Assembly: GCA_040005235.1 (NCBI GenBank)
Contig: JBDTZG010000016.1
Coordinates: 36,066 to 100,065 of the forward strand
Source of the DNA: Acidobacteriota bacterium
Lineage (GTDB): Bacteria; Acidobacteriota; Thermoanaerobaculia; Multivoradales; UBA5704
Direction: 5' to 3'
Length of the DNA: 64,000 nucleotides
Below, piece after piece: positions 51,637-62,241 of the stretch. The notes under the pieces were generated by a model. That model saw only the letters and a list, made by a program, of their open reading frames with translations. It searched no databases and was not told where the DNA came from. Positions within the stretch are counted from its first letter, which is position 1; each line of letters opens with the position of its first letter. The translations under genes and the position numbers were made by a program.

Positions 51637-54600
51637 TCATTCGACTTCGAAGCCCATCAGCGTCACCGGCGTGGTCGTGACGGCGTTGGTGTTGTTGGCC
51701 ATGTTCGGGTCGCTCTGGGCGCCCGTGACCATGGCCGTGTTCGCCACCGACCCGCCGACCGTCTTGGTCACGGTCACGTCGATGGTGGCGCTGGTCCCTC
51801 CGACGAGCGTACCCAAGGTGCAGGTCACCGTCAGCGTCCCCGAGCAGCTCCCTTGGCTCGGCACGGCCGACACCAGGGTGACTCCGGCCGGCAGGGTGTC
51901 GGTCACCATGACTCCGGTGGCAGACCCGGCGCTCAAGTTCGAGACCAGGATCTCGTAGTTGAAGTTGAGGCTCACGCCCACCGGTTCCTGAGTGGTGATC
52001 TTGGTAAGGGCCAAGTCGGCGAAGGGGGCAGACGGATTGAGCACGACGCTCGCGGCGTCGTTGCCGGTGACCAGGTCCTGCTCGGTGGAAGCGGTCTTGG
52101 TGAACGTCTGGGTCACCGGGGTCGCCACCGTGTTGGTCATCGTGAGCGAGAGGGTCGCCGTCGCTCCCGAAGCGAGCGTTCCGACGCTCCAGGCGCCGGT
52201 GCCCGGGGTGTACGTCCCCTGCGACTGGGCGGAGGTGACGAAGGTAAGGCCCGCGGGGAGGCTGCTGTTGAGGATCACCCCGTTGGCGGTTGAGGGTCCG
52301 TTGTTCTTCGCCGTGACCGTGAAGATGACGTTCTGGCTCACGGCCGGGGTGTTGTTGTTGACCGACTCGGAAACCTGGATGTCGATCAACGGCAGGCCGT
52401 TCAATACCACCGCGGCAATGTTGTTGCTCCCCTTCGTGTCCACCTGGGCCTGGCCGCTGGTCGTCGCCTGGTTCACTTGGCTCTGAGCCCGGTTGACCGT
52501 GGCGGTCAGGGTGAGAGTCGCCGTGGCGCCGTTGGCGAGGGAGCCGATGGTCCAGACTCCCGTGCCGCTGACGTAGCTGCCGCTGGACGGGACCGCCGAG
52601 ACGAACGCCAGGCCGACCGGCAGCAGGTCGTTAATTTTGACGCCGGTCGCATCCGACGGGCCGTTGTTGGTCGCGGTGATCGTGAAGATGACATTCGTCG
52701 CGAGGCCCGGAGACGCGTTGTTGACGCTCTTGGCGACCGCGATGTCGGACTGGCCGACGAAGGTGTCGGTGTCGGTCGCGCTGTTGTTACCCGGGGTCGA
52801 ATCGGTGGCGGCACCGGTGACCGTCGCCGTGTTGACGAGCGAGCCGGTCGCCGAGGCCGAGATCGAACACGAAGCGGTGTAGGTGACCGAACCGCCCGAA
52901 GGCAGGGTGACCGCCGCGTCATTGATATTGCCGGCGCCCGCGGCGGTGCAGGTTCCGCCGCCCGCGCCGACGCAGGTCCAGGTGCAGGTGAGGGAAGCGG
53001 GGAAGGTGTCGGCCACGGTGGCCGTGGTGTTCGACGGCCCGGCGTTGCTCGCCACGATCGTGTAGGTGGTATTGCCGCCGGGAGTCACGGTCGTGACGCC
53101 GTCGGTCTTGGTGATCCCGAGGTTGGCCGACGCCGCCAGGGTGTCGGTGTCGGTCGCGCTGTTGTTGCCCGGCGTCGGATCGGCGGCAACCGTGGTGACC
53201 GTCGCCGTGTTGGAGAGCGAACCGGTGGCGCCGGCCGAGATCGAGCAGGAGGCCGTGTAGGTGACGGAACCACCCGAGGGCAGAGTCACCGAGTCATTGA
53301 TGTTGCCCGCGCCTGCGGCGGTGCAGGTGCCGCCGCCCGCGCCGACGCAGGTCCAAGTGCAGGTGAGCGAGGCTGGGAAGGTGTCGGCCACGGTGGCCGA
53401 GGTGTTCGACGGCCCGGCGTTGCTGGCCGTGATCGTGTAGGTCGTGCTGCCACCCGGGGTGTAGGTCGCAACACCGTCGGTCTTGGTGATCGAGGCATCG
53501 GCCGAAGGCGTCAACGTATCGGTGTCGGTCGCGCTGTTGTTGCCGGGGATCGGGTCGGACGCCGCGCCGGTGACGGTCGCCGTGTTGCTGAGCGAGCCGG
53601 AAGCAGCGGCGGAGATCGAGCACGAGGCGGTGTAGCTGACGGAACCGCCGACGGGCAGGGTCACCGCGTCGCTGATGTTGCCGGCGCCCGCGGCGGTGCA
53701 GCTGCCGCCGCCCGCACCGACGCAGGTCCAGGTGCAGGTGAGAGAAGCGGGAAAGGTGTCGGCCACCGTGCCCGTGGTGTTCGACGGCCCGGCGTTCGTG
53801 GCTGTGATCGTATAGGTCACGCTGCCGCCCGGCGTCGCGTTGGTGACGCCGTCGGTCTTGGCGATCGAAAGATCGGACGAGGCCGCCAGCGTGTCGGTGT
53901 CGGTCGCGCTGTTGTTGGCGGGAGTCGAATCGCCGGCCACACCGGCAACCGTCGCCGTGTTGACCAGCGTGCCGGTCGCCGAAGCCGAGATCGTGCAAGA
54001 TGCCGTGTAAGTGACCGACCCGCCGGAAGGCAGAGTCGCCACGTCACTGATGTTGCCGGCTCCGGCTGCGGTGCAGGTGCCGCCGCCCGCTCCAACGCAG
54101 GTCCAGGTGCAGGTGAGGGAGGCGGGGAAGGTGTCGGCCACCGTTCCGGCCGTACCGCCCGGTCCGGCGTTGCTCGCCACGATCGTGTAAGTGACGCTGC
54201 CGCCCGGAGTCGCGGTGGTGACACCGTCGGTCTTGGTGATCGAAAGGTCGGCCACGATTTCGTCTGCGCCGATCGACGGCGTCGTCGCCGAACGGGGTTC
54301 GTTGTCGATGTCGGTGGTGACGCTCGCGATCGGCACGCCCGCCGTGGCGAGTGGACTGGCCGGCGAAAGGTGCAGGTCGGTCGCGGTGAGGAAAGGTACG
54401 GCGCCGGTCGAGGCCTGCGAGGCGTTGTCGTTCGTTCCGGCGGGGGAGAGCGTACTCGTATAGGCGGCCAGAGCAGCCAGGGTGGTGAAGAAGTTGGTGC
54501 CCGCCGTAACGCCCGCCTGGCCTACGCCTTGCCTCGCCGCGTCGGTGCCGAAGAAGTAGGCGTTGTTGTTCCAGGTCAGGTTCATCGCCGACGTTCCGCC

Positions 54601-57600
54601 GGAAGGCAGGAAGACCGAGACGTGCGCGATGGAGGTGGTGCCGCCGGTGATGTTATTCGCGAAGATGTTGTCGCGCACGTCGATGCCGGTTTGGGCGGTC
54701 GTGCTGATCGAGAACGCCGCCGACAAGAGGCTCGTGGTCGCCGTTCCCGTATGCGGCCCGAACAGGTTGACCGAGTTGTTGTAGACCTTATGGCCGGTAC
54801 CCGCTCCCAAGCGGATTCCGACCACTCCGAAGTCAGGGCTGAAGGCGGCACCGCCGGTCATATTGTGGTTGACGTCGCTGATGAAGTTGTTCTTGATCAC
54901 GGCATCGTTGCCGGCGACCACATCGATGCCGAAGGCTCCGAAAGTGCCGGTGTTGTTGTTGATGATGCCCTGGATCTTGTTGCTCTGCACCGTTACCCCG
55001 TTGCTTTGGACGGTCATTCCGCGCAGGCCGGTACTTCCGGTCGTGGACAGGTTGGTGACGGTATTGCCGCTGAAGTTGTTGTTCGCCGCGGCGAGCCCGG
55101 AAGATTCCCGCATGCCGAACGGCGCGAATGCGGTCGTCAGGGTCATGCCGAGGTTGTTCACCGTGTTGCCGGAAACCGTCGCATTTCCGGTGCCGGTGGC
55201 CAGCCAGATGCCGGTGTCGTTCTCTCCCTCGACGTTGCTGAAGTTGCCCACGGTGTTCTGGCTGACCGTCGCGCCGAGGACCCCCTGCATGTAGAGGCCG
55301 ACGTTGCGGATCGCATTCGCACCGCTGGTAGTGAGCGTGTTCTGGGTGTAGACGAGGTTCGAACCGCCCTGCGGCGTCGTTCCGCCGGTCGCGAACACGC
55401 CGACGAAGGCTTTCTCTACATCGTTGTTCTGGATCGTGATGTTCGAGAACAGGCCGGCGCTGCCCAGCACCGTCGCGTCCGAGATGACGACCGCGGAGCT
55501 GGTGTTGGCGCCGTTGATCACGACGCAGTTCTTGAGCGTGTCGTTAGTCACCGGTGTCGCGCCCACCGAGCCGATCAAGACGACGCTCGGGGTCGTGACG
55601 CTGGTGTTGGTGATCGTCAAGCTGCGATCGGTGCCGACGCCGCCGAGCGAACCGTCGATCGTGAAGCGGCTGGCGCCGTTCATGCGAATCAAGGCGGTGT
55701 TTGCGGCACCGGTGATCGCGTGCGCCACGCCGGTGGGATACATCCTGACGGTGAAGTTGCTGCCCGGCGGCTGCTCGGAGAGCGCGTTCAGGCCGTTCGT
55801 GCCGTCTTCACCCACCACCAGATCGCCAGCGATCTGGATCTCGACGTTGGCGGTGGCGACGCCGTCGTTGATCGCTTTGAAGATGCCGGTGGCGCCGGTG
55901 AGCGTCGTGAAGTCGCAACCGGATGCGCACACGGTCTTGATGCCGGCGATGGCGGCCGAGATCAGATAGCTGTTCGGCGTCGTGGGAGGCGTCGCCGCCG
56001 CCGGAGGATTGGCCGTGAAGCCTCCCGCACCCCCGACCGGATTCGAAATGACGTTCGGCGTCGCCGCTGCGTCCTGAGCGACCACGTAGTACTGGATCGT
56101 GTCGCCGATGGCGACGCTGCCGCCCGCGACCAGCGAGTAATCGATCGTGAAGTTGTACACACCGGTGCCTCCGGAGGTCGCCTGGGTGCTCGAATAGGCG
56201 CCGGCAACTCCCTTGCGGAAATAGATCACCGGCAGCCCGACTCCGGCGGTCGGCACTCCGCTGCCCGCATCCGTGATGGTCGACGAGAGAGCGCGGTTCG
56301 AGGTGCTGGTGGTGTTGCCGAGGGGCGTGTACGTAATGATCGGCGGAGCGAGGTCGATGCCGTTGAAGTTGCCCGCGTCCGCGCCGATGTCCACCGGGGT
56401 CAGGCCGCTTCGGGTCTGGCCGTCGAAGTCGTCCGTCACGCCGACGTCCTGGCCGTTCGATTCGATGACGGTCGGGTTGGTCGGGTGGATGTGCAGATCC
56501 GGCGTGGCGTTGGTCGGATCGTTATACGCCGGATCGCCAGAGATGCTGGCGGAGTCTTGGCCGACCGCGGTTTTCCAGGCGGCCAGGTTGGGAACGTCCA
56601 GCGAGTTGAAGAAGCCGAAGACCGCGCCGGTGCCGTTGGCGAAGTAGACGTTGTTGTTCATCGTCAGGCCGGTCGGGTTCGGAGTCGTGCCGGCCACCCG
56701 CACGGAGTAGTTCTTGCCCGTCGCTCCGGCGTTGCTTCGCGCGTTGAAAAAGACGTTGTCGCGGTAGCTGCGCACGACGGTCACCTGGGTGCTGGCGAAC
56801 CCGTAGGACGGGCCGACTCCCGCGGTGGGGGCGCCGCCGATGTACACGCTGTTGTGGAAGATGTTATTCGTGCCGGCCGCCTCGAAGAGACCGTTGATGC
56901 CGCCGGTCGTCGAGCCGGTGCCGATGGCGTTGGCGATGCCGGCACCCACGGCGATCATGTTGTTTCGATAGACCGTCGTTCCGCCGGCCACCCGGATTCC
57001 GTTCACCTCGGCGGCGGTGCTGTTGCTCGCCGTGGTCAGGCCGTAGATCCGGTTGCGTGCGACGACGTTCGCCGCGCCGCCATTGAACTGGAGTCCGGTC
57101 ACGACGGTGCCCAGCGTGGCGCTCGTGTTGCTCAAGGCGAAGATCGTGTTTTGCGAGATGGTCTGATTTACCGTAGCTGTAATGGAGATACCGATCAGTG
57201 AGGCGGTGGTTGTCGTCCCTGTGCCGTTGTTGCTGGTCAGGTTGCGGATGGTGTTGGAAGTCAATGTCCCGAGCGGGAGGGGTGAGCCGATCCCGACGAC
57301 TTGCGACGCCGCTCCGGTCGAGGTCAAGCTGATCGAGTTCGCGACGGTACCTCCGACGAGGTTCGACGCCGCGTTGAACGCCTTGGCAGCGGCGGTGTTC
57401 GCTCGCATTCCAAAGAGAGTGAAGGTGCCGGAGGCTCCGAGGTTGGTGACGGAAATGCCGCCGACACTGTTGGTGTTGGCCGTCCAATCATCGCTGCTGA
57501 AGTTCTGGATGCCTTCGACCTCGGTCGCGGTGGTCGTAGTGGTAGAAAAGGTCAATGACCCCGTCACACTCTGGCTGCCGATGATGTTGCCGTTGGTGAT

Positions 57601-58797
57601 CATCAGGCCGGTCTGGGCGAGGATGCCGGTGAAGGGGGTGTTCGAGGTCGTGCCGCTCGAGGTGACGCCGGTCATGCTGATGGCGGAGACCGTGTTGTTG
57701 TTAATGTTCGTCACCGTGCCGCCGGTAATGCCGTTGAACACGATGCCGACGAACTTGGCGCCGGCCCCCGCTCCGGTCAGGGTATAGACACCGGTCTGGG
57801 TGCTGGAAGCAAATCCAACGATGTTGCCGGTGATCGTGAACCCTTGGGCCCCGCTGGTGGCGGTCGTGTTTTGAATGTTTATCGCGTTGTGCAGCGACCC
57901 GGTGGTCCAGGTGCGGGTGCCGGTCTGGTAGAACCGGTTGTTGGTGATCGACCAAGTATTGCAGCCCGCGTTCGTCGCGACGCCCGCGCTGGTCACCGCG
58001 GCAGCGAAGTAGTCGAAGATATTGTTGTTGGTGATGATGTTGCCGCTGTTACCGATCGCCATCGTCGTGGTCGAACCGATGCCCAAGATCGCCTTGGAGG
58101 GCAGGGTCGCTCCGACCGGGCCGATGTTGTTGTTCGAGATCGTATTGTTGTCGTTGCCGTTGGTCGTCACGGCATCTGTGGAAAAGAAGATCGTCGCGCC
58201 ATTGGTCGCGACCGATGCCGTGGCCGCTCCCTGGAGGTTCGAATTGGTGATCGTGTTGGTGGTGGCGCCGCCGATGAACCGGATCGTCGCCGTGCCCGTG
58301 GTCGCCGAAACGGTCGTGTTGGCGATTGTCAGCGAGTTGCCGCCGGTATTCAGGCCGTCGATCGTGACGTTGTCGGCGCCGTTCAGGTCGATTAGCGGCG
58401 ACCCCGCGACGATCGCGCCCGAAATCGTGCGGGCTGCGCCTCCCGTAGGGCTGATTCCGATCGTTGTGTAGACGGCCGCTCCGGCGCCGCTCGCGTTAAG
58501 CACTGCGGGCGCCGTTTCGGTGGTATCGCCGGAGATGCCGATGCCGATCGTTCCCTGGTGGGTGCCGGCGTTGATCGCGTCGAACGCCCCCTTGAGCGTC
58601 GTGTAGCTCATTGTGAGAGTGCCTGCCGTGGCCGTGACGTCAACCTGGGCCGAGGCGCCTGTGGCCCCGAGCAGGGCGGACGCTACGAGAATCGCCGGAA
58701 GGACCAGGCGCCGAGCCCAGATCGCGCTGGCTGCCCGGTGGAAAAGATCGATGGCACGACGACCGAGGACTGCCGACGAACGAATGGTTTGAATCAT
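51637..58797 (-). CDS. Giant secreted surface protein B (about 2386 aa), paralogue of A with 7 DUF11-type repeats
   Basis: GGAG then ATG 58797; signal ending ASA/Q; colinear with A; four CTWTC repeats plus three others; ends TTPVTLMGFEVE. Confidence 0.92.
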   Translation of the reverse strand: MIQTIRSSAVLGRRAIDLFHRAASAIWARRLVLPAILVASALLGATGASAQVDVTATAGTLTMSYTTLKGAFDAINAGTHQGTIGIGISGDTTETAPAVLNASGAGAAVYTTIGISPTGGAARTISGAIVAGSPLIDLNGADNVTIDGLNTGGNSLTIANTTVSATTGTATIRFIGGATTNTITNSNLQGAATASVATNGATIFFSTDAVTTNGNDNNTISNNNIGPVGATLPSKAILGIGSTTTMAIGNSGNIITNNNIFDYFAAAVTSAGVATNAGCNTWSITNNRFYQTGTRTWTTGSLHNAINIQNTTATSGAQGFTITGNIVGFASSTQTGVYTLTGAGAGAKFVGIVFNGITGGTVTNINNNTVSAISMTGVTSSGTTSNTPFTGILAQTGLMITNGNIIGSQSVTGSLTFSTTTTTATEVEGIQNFSSDDWTANTNSVGGISVTNLGASGTFTLFGMRANTAAAKAFNAASNLVGGTVANSISLTSTGAASQVVGIGSPLPLGTLTSNTIRNLTSNNGTGTTTTASLIGISITATVNQTISQNTIFALSNTSATLGTVVTGLQFNGGAANVVARNRIYGLTTASNSTAAEVNGIRVAGGTTVYRNNMIAVGAGIANAIGTGSTTGGINGLFEAAGTNNIFHNSVYIGGAPTAGVGPSYGFASTQVTVVRSYRDNVFFNARSNAGATGKNYSVRVAGTTPNPTGLTMNNNVYFANGTGAVFGFFNSLDVPNLAAWKTAVGQDSASISGDPAYNDPTNATPDLHIHPTNPTVIESNGQDVGVTDDFDGQTRSGLTPVDIGADAGNFNGIDLAPPIITYTPLGNTTSTSNRALSSTITDAGSGVPTAGVGLPVIYFRKGVAGAYSSTQATSGGTGVYNFTIDYSLVAGGSVAIGDTIQYYVVAQDAAATPNVISNPVGGAGGFTANPPAAATPPTTPNSYLISAAIAGIKTVCASGCDFTTLTGATGIFKAINDGVATANVEIQIAGDLVVGEDGTNGLNALSEQPPGSNFTVRMYPTGVAHAITGAANTALIRMNGASRFTIDGSLGGVGTDRSLTITNTSVTTPSVVLIGSVGATPVTNDTLKNCVVINGANTSSAVVISDATVLGSAGLFSNITIQNNDVEKAFVGVFATGGTTPQGGSNLVYTQNTLTTSGANAIRNVGLYMQGVLGATVSQNTVGNFSNVEGENDTGIWLATGTGNATVSGNTVNNLGMTLTTAFAPFGMRESSGLAAANNNFSGNTVTNLSTTGSTGLRGMTVQSNGVTVQSNKIQGIINNNTGTFGAFGIDVVAGNDAVIKNNFISDVNHNMTGGAAFSPDFGVVGIRLGAGTGHKVYNNSVNLFGPHTGTATTSLLSAAFSISTTAQTGIDVRDNIFANNITGGTTSIAHVSVFLPSGGTSAMNLTWNNNAYFFGTDAARQGVGQAGVTAGTNFFTTLAALAAYTSTLSPAGTNDNASQASTGAVPFLTATDLHLSPASPLATAGVPIASVTTDIDNEPRSATTPSIGADEIVADLSITKTDGVTTATPGGSVTYTIVASNAGPGGTAGTVADTFPASLTCTWTCVGAGGGTCTAAGAGNISDVATLPSGGSVTYTASCTISASATGTLVNTATVAGVAGDSTPANNSATDTDTLAASSDLSIAKTDGVTNATPGGSVTYTITATNAGPSNTTGTVADTFPASLTCTWTCVGAGGGSCTAAGAGNISDAVTLPVGGSVSYTASCSISAAASGSLSNTATVTGAASDPIPGNNSATDTDTLTPSADASITKTDGVATYTPGGSTTYTITASNAGPSNTSATVADTFPASLTCTWTCVGAGGGTCTAAGAGNINDSVTLPSGGSVTYTASCSISAGATGSLSNTATVTTVAADPTPGNNSATDTDTLAASANLGITKTDGVTTVTPGGNTTYTIVASNAGPSNTTATVADTFPASLTCTWTCVGAGGGTCTAAGAGNINDAAVTLPSGGSVTYTASCSISASATGSLVNTATVTGAATDSTPGNNSATDTDTFVGQSDIAVAKSVNNASPGLATNVIFTITATNNGPSDATGVKINDLLPVGLAFVSAVPSSGSYVSGTGVWTIGSLANGATATLTLTATVNRAQSQVNQATTSGQAQVDTKGSNNIAAVVLNGLPLIDIQVSESVNNNTPAVSQNVIFTVTAKNNGPSTANGVILNSSLPAGLTFVTSAQSQGTYTPGTGAWSVGTLASGATATLSLTMTNTVATPVTQTFTKTASTEQDLVTGNDAASVVLNPSAPFADLALTKITTQEPVGVSLNFNYEILVSNLSAGSATGVMVTDTLPAGVTLVSAVPSQGSCSGTLTVTCTLGTLVGGTSATIDVTVTKTVGGSVANTAMVTGAQSDPNMANNTNAVTTTPVTLMGFEVE

Positions 58798-59168
58798 TGG
58801 CGCTCTCCAAAGAACACGGCGGGGCAGATCGCCCGGATAGAGCGGTTCTCGCCTGCGATTTGGAGAGAGCCCGCCCGGTTGGCGTGGCGAACCCTCCACG
58901 CTCGAGTCTGTCGAACTGACTGGATAACGACCGGAGGTTAGCAGATCTGAATTGCGTTTGCCCTGGGAATTAGGGTGGGCCTGCGGCTACAGGAATTGCG
59001 ACTTCTCTGGGCCCCGCCCGTCATCCCAAAGCCCGCGCGCTTCACGGCATCAGACCGCGCTTCGCAAGGCTACGAAAGACCGCCTGCTAGCGGCTCGCCG
59101 AATCGTCCGACGAGCACGATATTCTTAGGCCTCGACCTTTGAACCGCCCTCGGGAGGAAGAGAGAGTG

Positions 59169-60605
59169 ATGACGGAACGTTCGATCGCCGAGGAAGTCCT
59201 CCGCCCCCGGAGCTCTCTCCCGCGCACCGCCTTTGCCTACCTCGCAATGTTTGGCGCTGCGGTGGGCCTCTTCCTCTGGCTCGCGGAGCAGGGAGGTTCT
59301 CTCGTCGCACCCGCTCCGGCGGCCGGCGTACCGCAGTTTGGAGGAGGCGGCCCCGCGGGCATCAACACCCTGCTTCACGTCCTGCTGGCGCTTGCGGTGG
59401 TCTTGATCACGGCCCGTGCGGTCGGCGCACTGTTTCGCCGCCTCGGCCAGCCGCCGGTGATCGGCGAGGTGATCGCCGGCATTTTGCTCGGTCCCTCCCT
59501 GCTCGGCTGGCTGGCCCCTTCCGCCTATGAGTTTCTCCTGCCCATGAGCATCGCCCCTCACTTGGGAGTGCTGGCGCAGATCGGCGTCATCTTGTTCATG
59601 TTCCTGGTCGGCATGGAGCTCGACACCGGGACGCTGCGCCACGGTACGCATTCGACGATCGCGATCTCGCACGCCAGCATCGTCGTGCCGTTCCTGCTCG
59701 GGTCGACGTTCGCCCTATGGCTCTACCCGCGCTACTCGACGAGCGATGTGCCCTTCGTCGTGTTCGCCCTGTTCCTCGGCGTGTCGCTTTCGGTGACCGC
59801 GTTTCCGGTGCTCGCCCGAATCCTCAACGATCAGAACCTACACCGTACGCCGCTCGGCACTCTGGCGCTCACCTGCGCCGCGGTCGATGACGTCACCGCC
59901 TGGTGCCTCCTCGCTTTCGTGGTGAGCGTCGCCAAGGCACAGCTCGGCAGGGCGGCGGTCACCGTGGTCTTGACGCTCGTGTTCATCGCCGTCGTCCTCT
60001 TGTTCGCGCGACCGCTCCTCTTGCGTCTGGTCGAGCGCGTGGAACGCGAAGGCCGGTTGACGCAGACGCCTACGGCGCTGCTGTTCATCGCCCTGCTGCT
60101 TTCTTCGCTCGCCACCGAGAGCATCGGGATTCACGCGCTGTTCGGTGCCTTTCTCCTCGGTGCGGTGATCCCGCACGACAGCCGGGTCGCCAAGGACCTG
60201 GCGAAACGCATCGAAGATCTAGTAATCATCTTCCTGCTGCCGGCCTTCTTCGCCTTCACCGGAATGCGCACCCAGATCGGCCTCGTCCGGGGTGCGAGCG
60301 AGTGGGCCGTCTGCGGGGCGATCGTTCTCATCGCGACTTTGGGGAAGTTCGGAGGGAGCTACGTTGCCGCTCGTCTGACCCACATCCCATGGCGCGAGTC
60401 GGCGGCCCTTGGGGTCCTGATGAACACCCGTGGCCTGATGCAGCTGATCGTGCTCAACATCGGTCTCGACCTGAAAGTCCTGTCGCCCCAACTGTTCGCG
60501 ATGTTCGTGCTGATGGCAATCATCACCACACTGATGACGGCGCCGATCTTGGAGCGGCTGATCGGTTCAAAGGCTAAGGCAAGGAGAGATCCCGCGCTCC
60601 CTTGA
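59169..60605 (+). CDS. Cation:proton antiporter (CPA2/Kef-type membrane domain)
   Basis: GQPPVIGEVIAGILLGPSLLG, FMFLVGMELD, TAFPVLARIL, AAVDD, LMNTRGL. Confidence 0.93.
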   Translation: MTERSIAEEVLRPRSSLPRTAFAYLAMFGAAVGLFLWLAEQGGSLVAPAPAAGVPQFGGGGPAGINTLLHVLLALAVVLITARAVGALFRRLGQPPVIGEVIAGILLGPSLLGWLAPSAYEFLLPMSIAPHLGVLAQIGVILFMFLVGMELDTGTLRHGTHSTIAISHASIVVPFLLGSTFALWLYPRYSTSDVPFVVFALFLGVSLSVTAFPVLARILNDQNLHRTPLGTLALTCAAVDDVTAWCLLAFVVSVAKAQLGRAAVTVVLTLVFIAVVLLFARPLLLRLVERVEREGRLTQTPTALLFIALLLSSLATESIGIHALFGAFLLGAVIPHDSRVAKDLAKRIEDLVIIFLLPAFFAFTGMRTQIGLVRGASEWAVCGAIVLIATLGKFGGSYVAARLTHIPWRESAALGVLMNTRGLMQLIVLNIGLDLKVLSPQLFAMFVLMAIITTLMTAPILERLIGSKAKARRDPALP

Positions 60606-60693
60606 CCCATCTGGAACGATCCCCGCCCCACGGACCTTGCACCCCGGCCCGGGAGCGGACTGCCCCGTGGATTTACCTGCTCTACTGGTCCTC

Positions 60694-62241
60694 ATGAATC
60701 CGATCTCGCGGCGGCTATTCGTCTATGCGGTGCTCCTCGTGCCCCTTTTCGCGCTCGGACTCGCGCCGCGTAACGCCGCCGCGCCGGTGGCGTCCGGAGT
60801 CGGCGGAGTCGGCGGTGCCGCCGGTGAGTCCCGGCCGAACGTCGTCCTGCTGGTTACGGACGACCAGGACCTGCTGCTCGGTTCGATCGATGCGATGCCC
60901 CATCTGCGCGAGCTGCTGATCCGGCAAGGCACCACCTTTTCGCAAGCCTACGTTCCGCTTTCCCTCTGCTGCCCGTCGCGGGCGACGATCCTCACCGGCC
61001 GCTACACCCATAACCTCAAGGTCTACACCAACTTCCCGCCCGATGGCGGCTTCCTTCGCTTCCAGGCCTTGGGACATGAAGAAGCCACTCTGGGCTTCGT
61101 CCTGCATCGGGCCGGATATCGCACGGCGCTGGTAGGCAAATATTTGAACGGCTACCCCAACCCCGAAGACCGGACCTGGGTGCCGCCCGGCTGGGACGAA
61201 TGGGTGGTGCCCGCGGCCGGCAGCCCCTATTTTCAGTACAACTACACGCTGAACCAGAACGGCACGATGGAGCCGCACGGTCGGGAAACTACCGACTACC
61301 TGACCGATGTCCTGGCGCAAAAGGCGAACGACTTCGTCACCCAGGCGGCCGCGGACGGCGTTCCCTTCTTCCTCTACCTGGCGCCCTACGCGGCGCACAA
61401 GCCTTGTCCGCCGGCCCCGCGGCACGCGGCGCTCTTTCCGGGGGTCCAAGCGCCGCGTACCGCTTCGTTCAACGAGGCCGACGTGCACGACAAGCCGAAT
61501 GCGATTCGCGGCCGGCGGCGGCTCGACGCCGGACAGATCCGCTCGTTGGACAGCCTCTACCGTAGACGCCTGCAGAGCCTCCAGGCGGTCGATGAGGCCG
61601 TCGCGGCCCTGGTCGCGACGCTCACCCGGACCGGCCAGCTCGCCAATACCTACTTTTTCTTCACCTCGGACAACGGCTTCCACCTGGGGCAGCATCGTCT
61701 CTCGGACGGCAAGTACACCTCCTACGACGAAGACGTCCGCGTACCCCTCGTCGTGCGCGGCCCCGGCGTGTCGGCGGGCGAGATCGCCGATTCCTTCGTG
61801 GAGACCGTCGATCTCGCGCCGACCATCGCTCAGCTCGCAGGAACCCACATGCGGGTAACTCCCGACGGACGCTCGTTCGTTCCCCTTCTTCGCGCGCCCC
61901 GCCAACCGCCGGCCGGCTGGCGGCAGCTGGTGTTCCTGGAGCAATTCCATTTCGACGACTCCGGGGAAGGGGACCTGGGGGAAGGCCTCCTCGAACCTCG
62001 CGACGAGCCGGTGGATACCGAGCACGTCACCCACCTCGGCCTGCGCACCGCCACCTACAAATTCGTCGAGTACGGAACGGGGGAGCTGGAGTACTACGAC
62101 CTTGTCAACGATCCCGGCGAGCTGAAAAACCAGGCTGGCACCCTAAGCGCGGCGCGGCGACGCCGTTTGAGCGAAAGGGTCCACGCCCTCGGCGCCTGCC
62201 GACGAGGCGTCTGCCGCGCTCTTGAGGCGGAGCTGCCGTAG
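60694..62241 (+). CDS. Secreted sulfatase (N-acetylglucosamine-6-sulfatase-like)
   Basis: RPNVVLLVTDDQD, LCCPSRATILTG (formylglycine motif), GKYLN, FTSDNGFHLGQH, YYDLVNDPGEL. Confidence 0.93.
   Translation: MNPISRRLFVYAVLLVPLFALGLAPRNAAAPVASGVGGVGGAAGESRPNVVLLVTDDQDLLLGSIDAMPHLRELLIRQGTTFSQAYVPLSLCCPSRATILTGRYTHNLKVYTNFPPDGGFLRFQALGHEEATLGFVLHRAGYRTALVGKYLNGYPNPEDRTWVPPGWDEWVVPAAGSPYFQYNYTLNQNGTMEPHGRETTDYLTDVLAQKANDFVTQAAADGVPFFLYLAPYAAHKPCPPAPRHAALFPGVQAPRTASFNEADVHDKPNAIRGRRRLDAGQIRSLDSLYRRRLQSLQAVDEAVAALVATLTRTGQLANTYFFFTSDNGFHLGQHRLSDGKYTSYDEDVRVPLVVRGPGVSAGEIADSFVETVDLAPTIAQLAGTHMRVTPDGRSFVPLLRAPRQPPAGWRQLVFLEQFHFDDSGEGDLGEGLLEPRDEPVDTEHVTHLGLRTATYKFVEYGTGELEYYDLVNDPGELKNQAGTLSAARRRRLSERVHALGACRRGVCRALEAELP

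Noticed and set aside
52477-57201. 1574-aa plus-strand ORF, and similar ones at 43686..45857 and 46917..48521
   Set aside because: Antisense shadows of the giant minus-strand genes; Arg/Gly/Val-rich with no motifs, expected from high-GC codon bias
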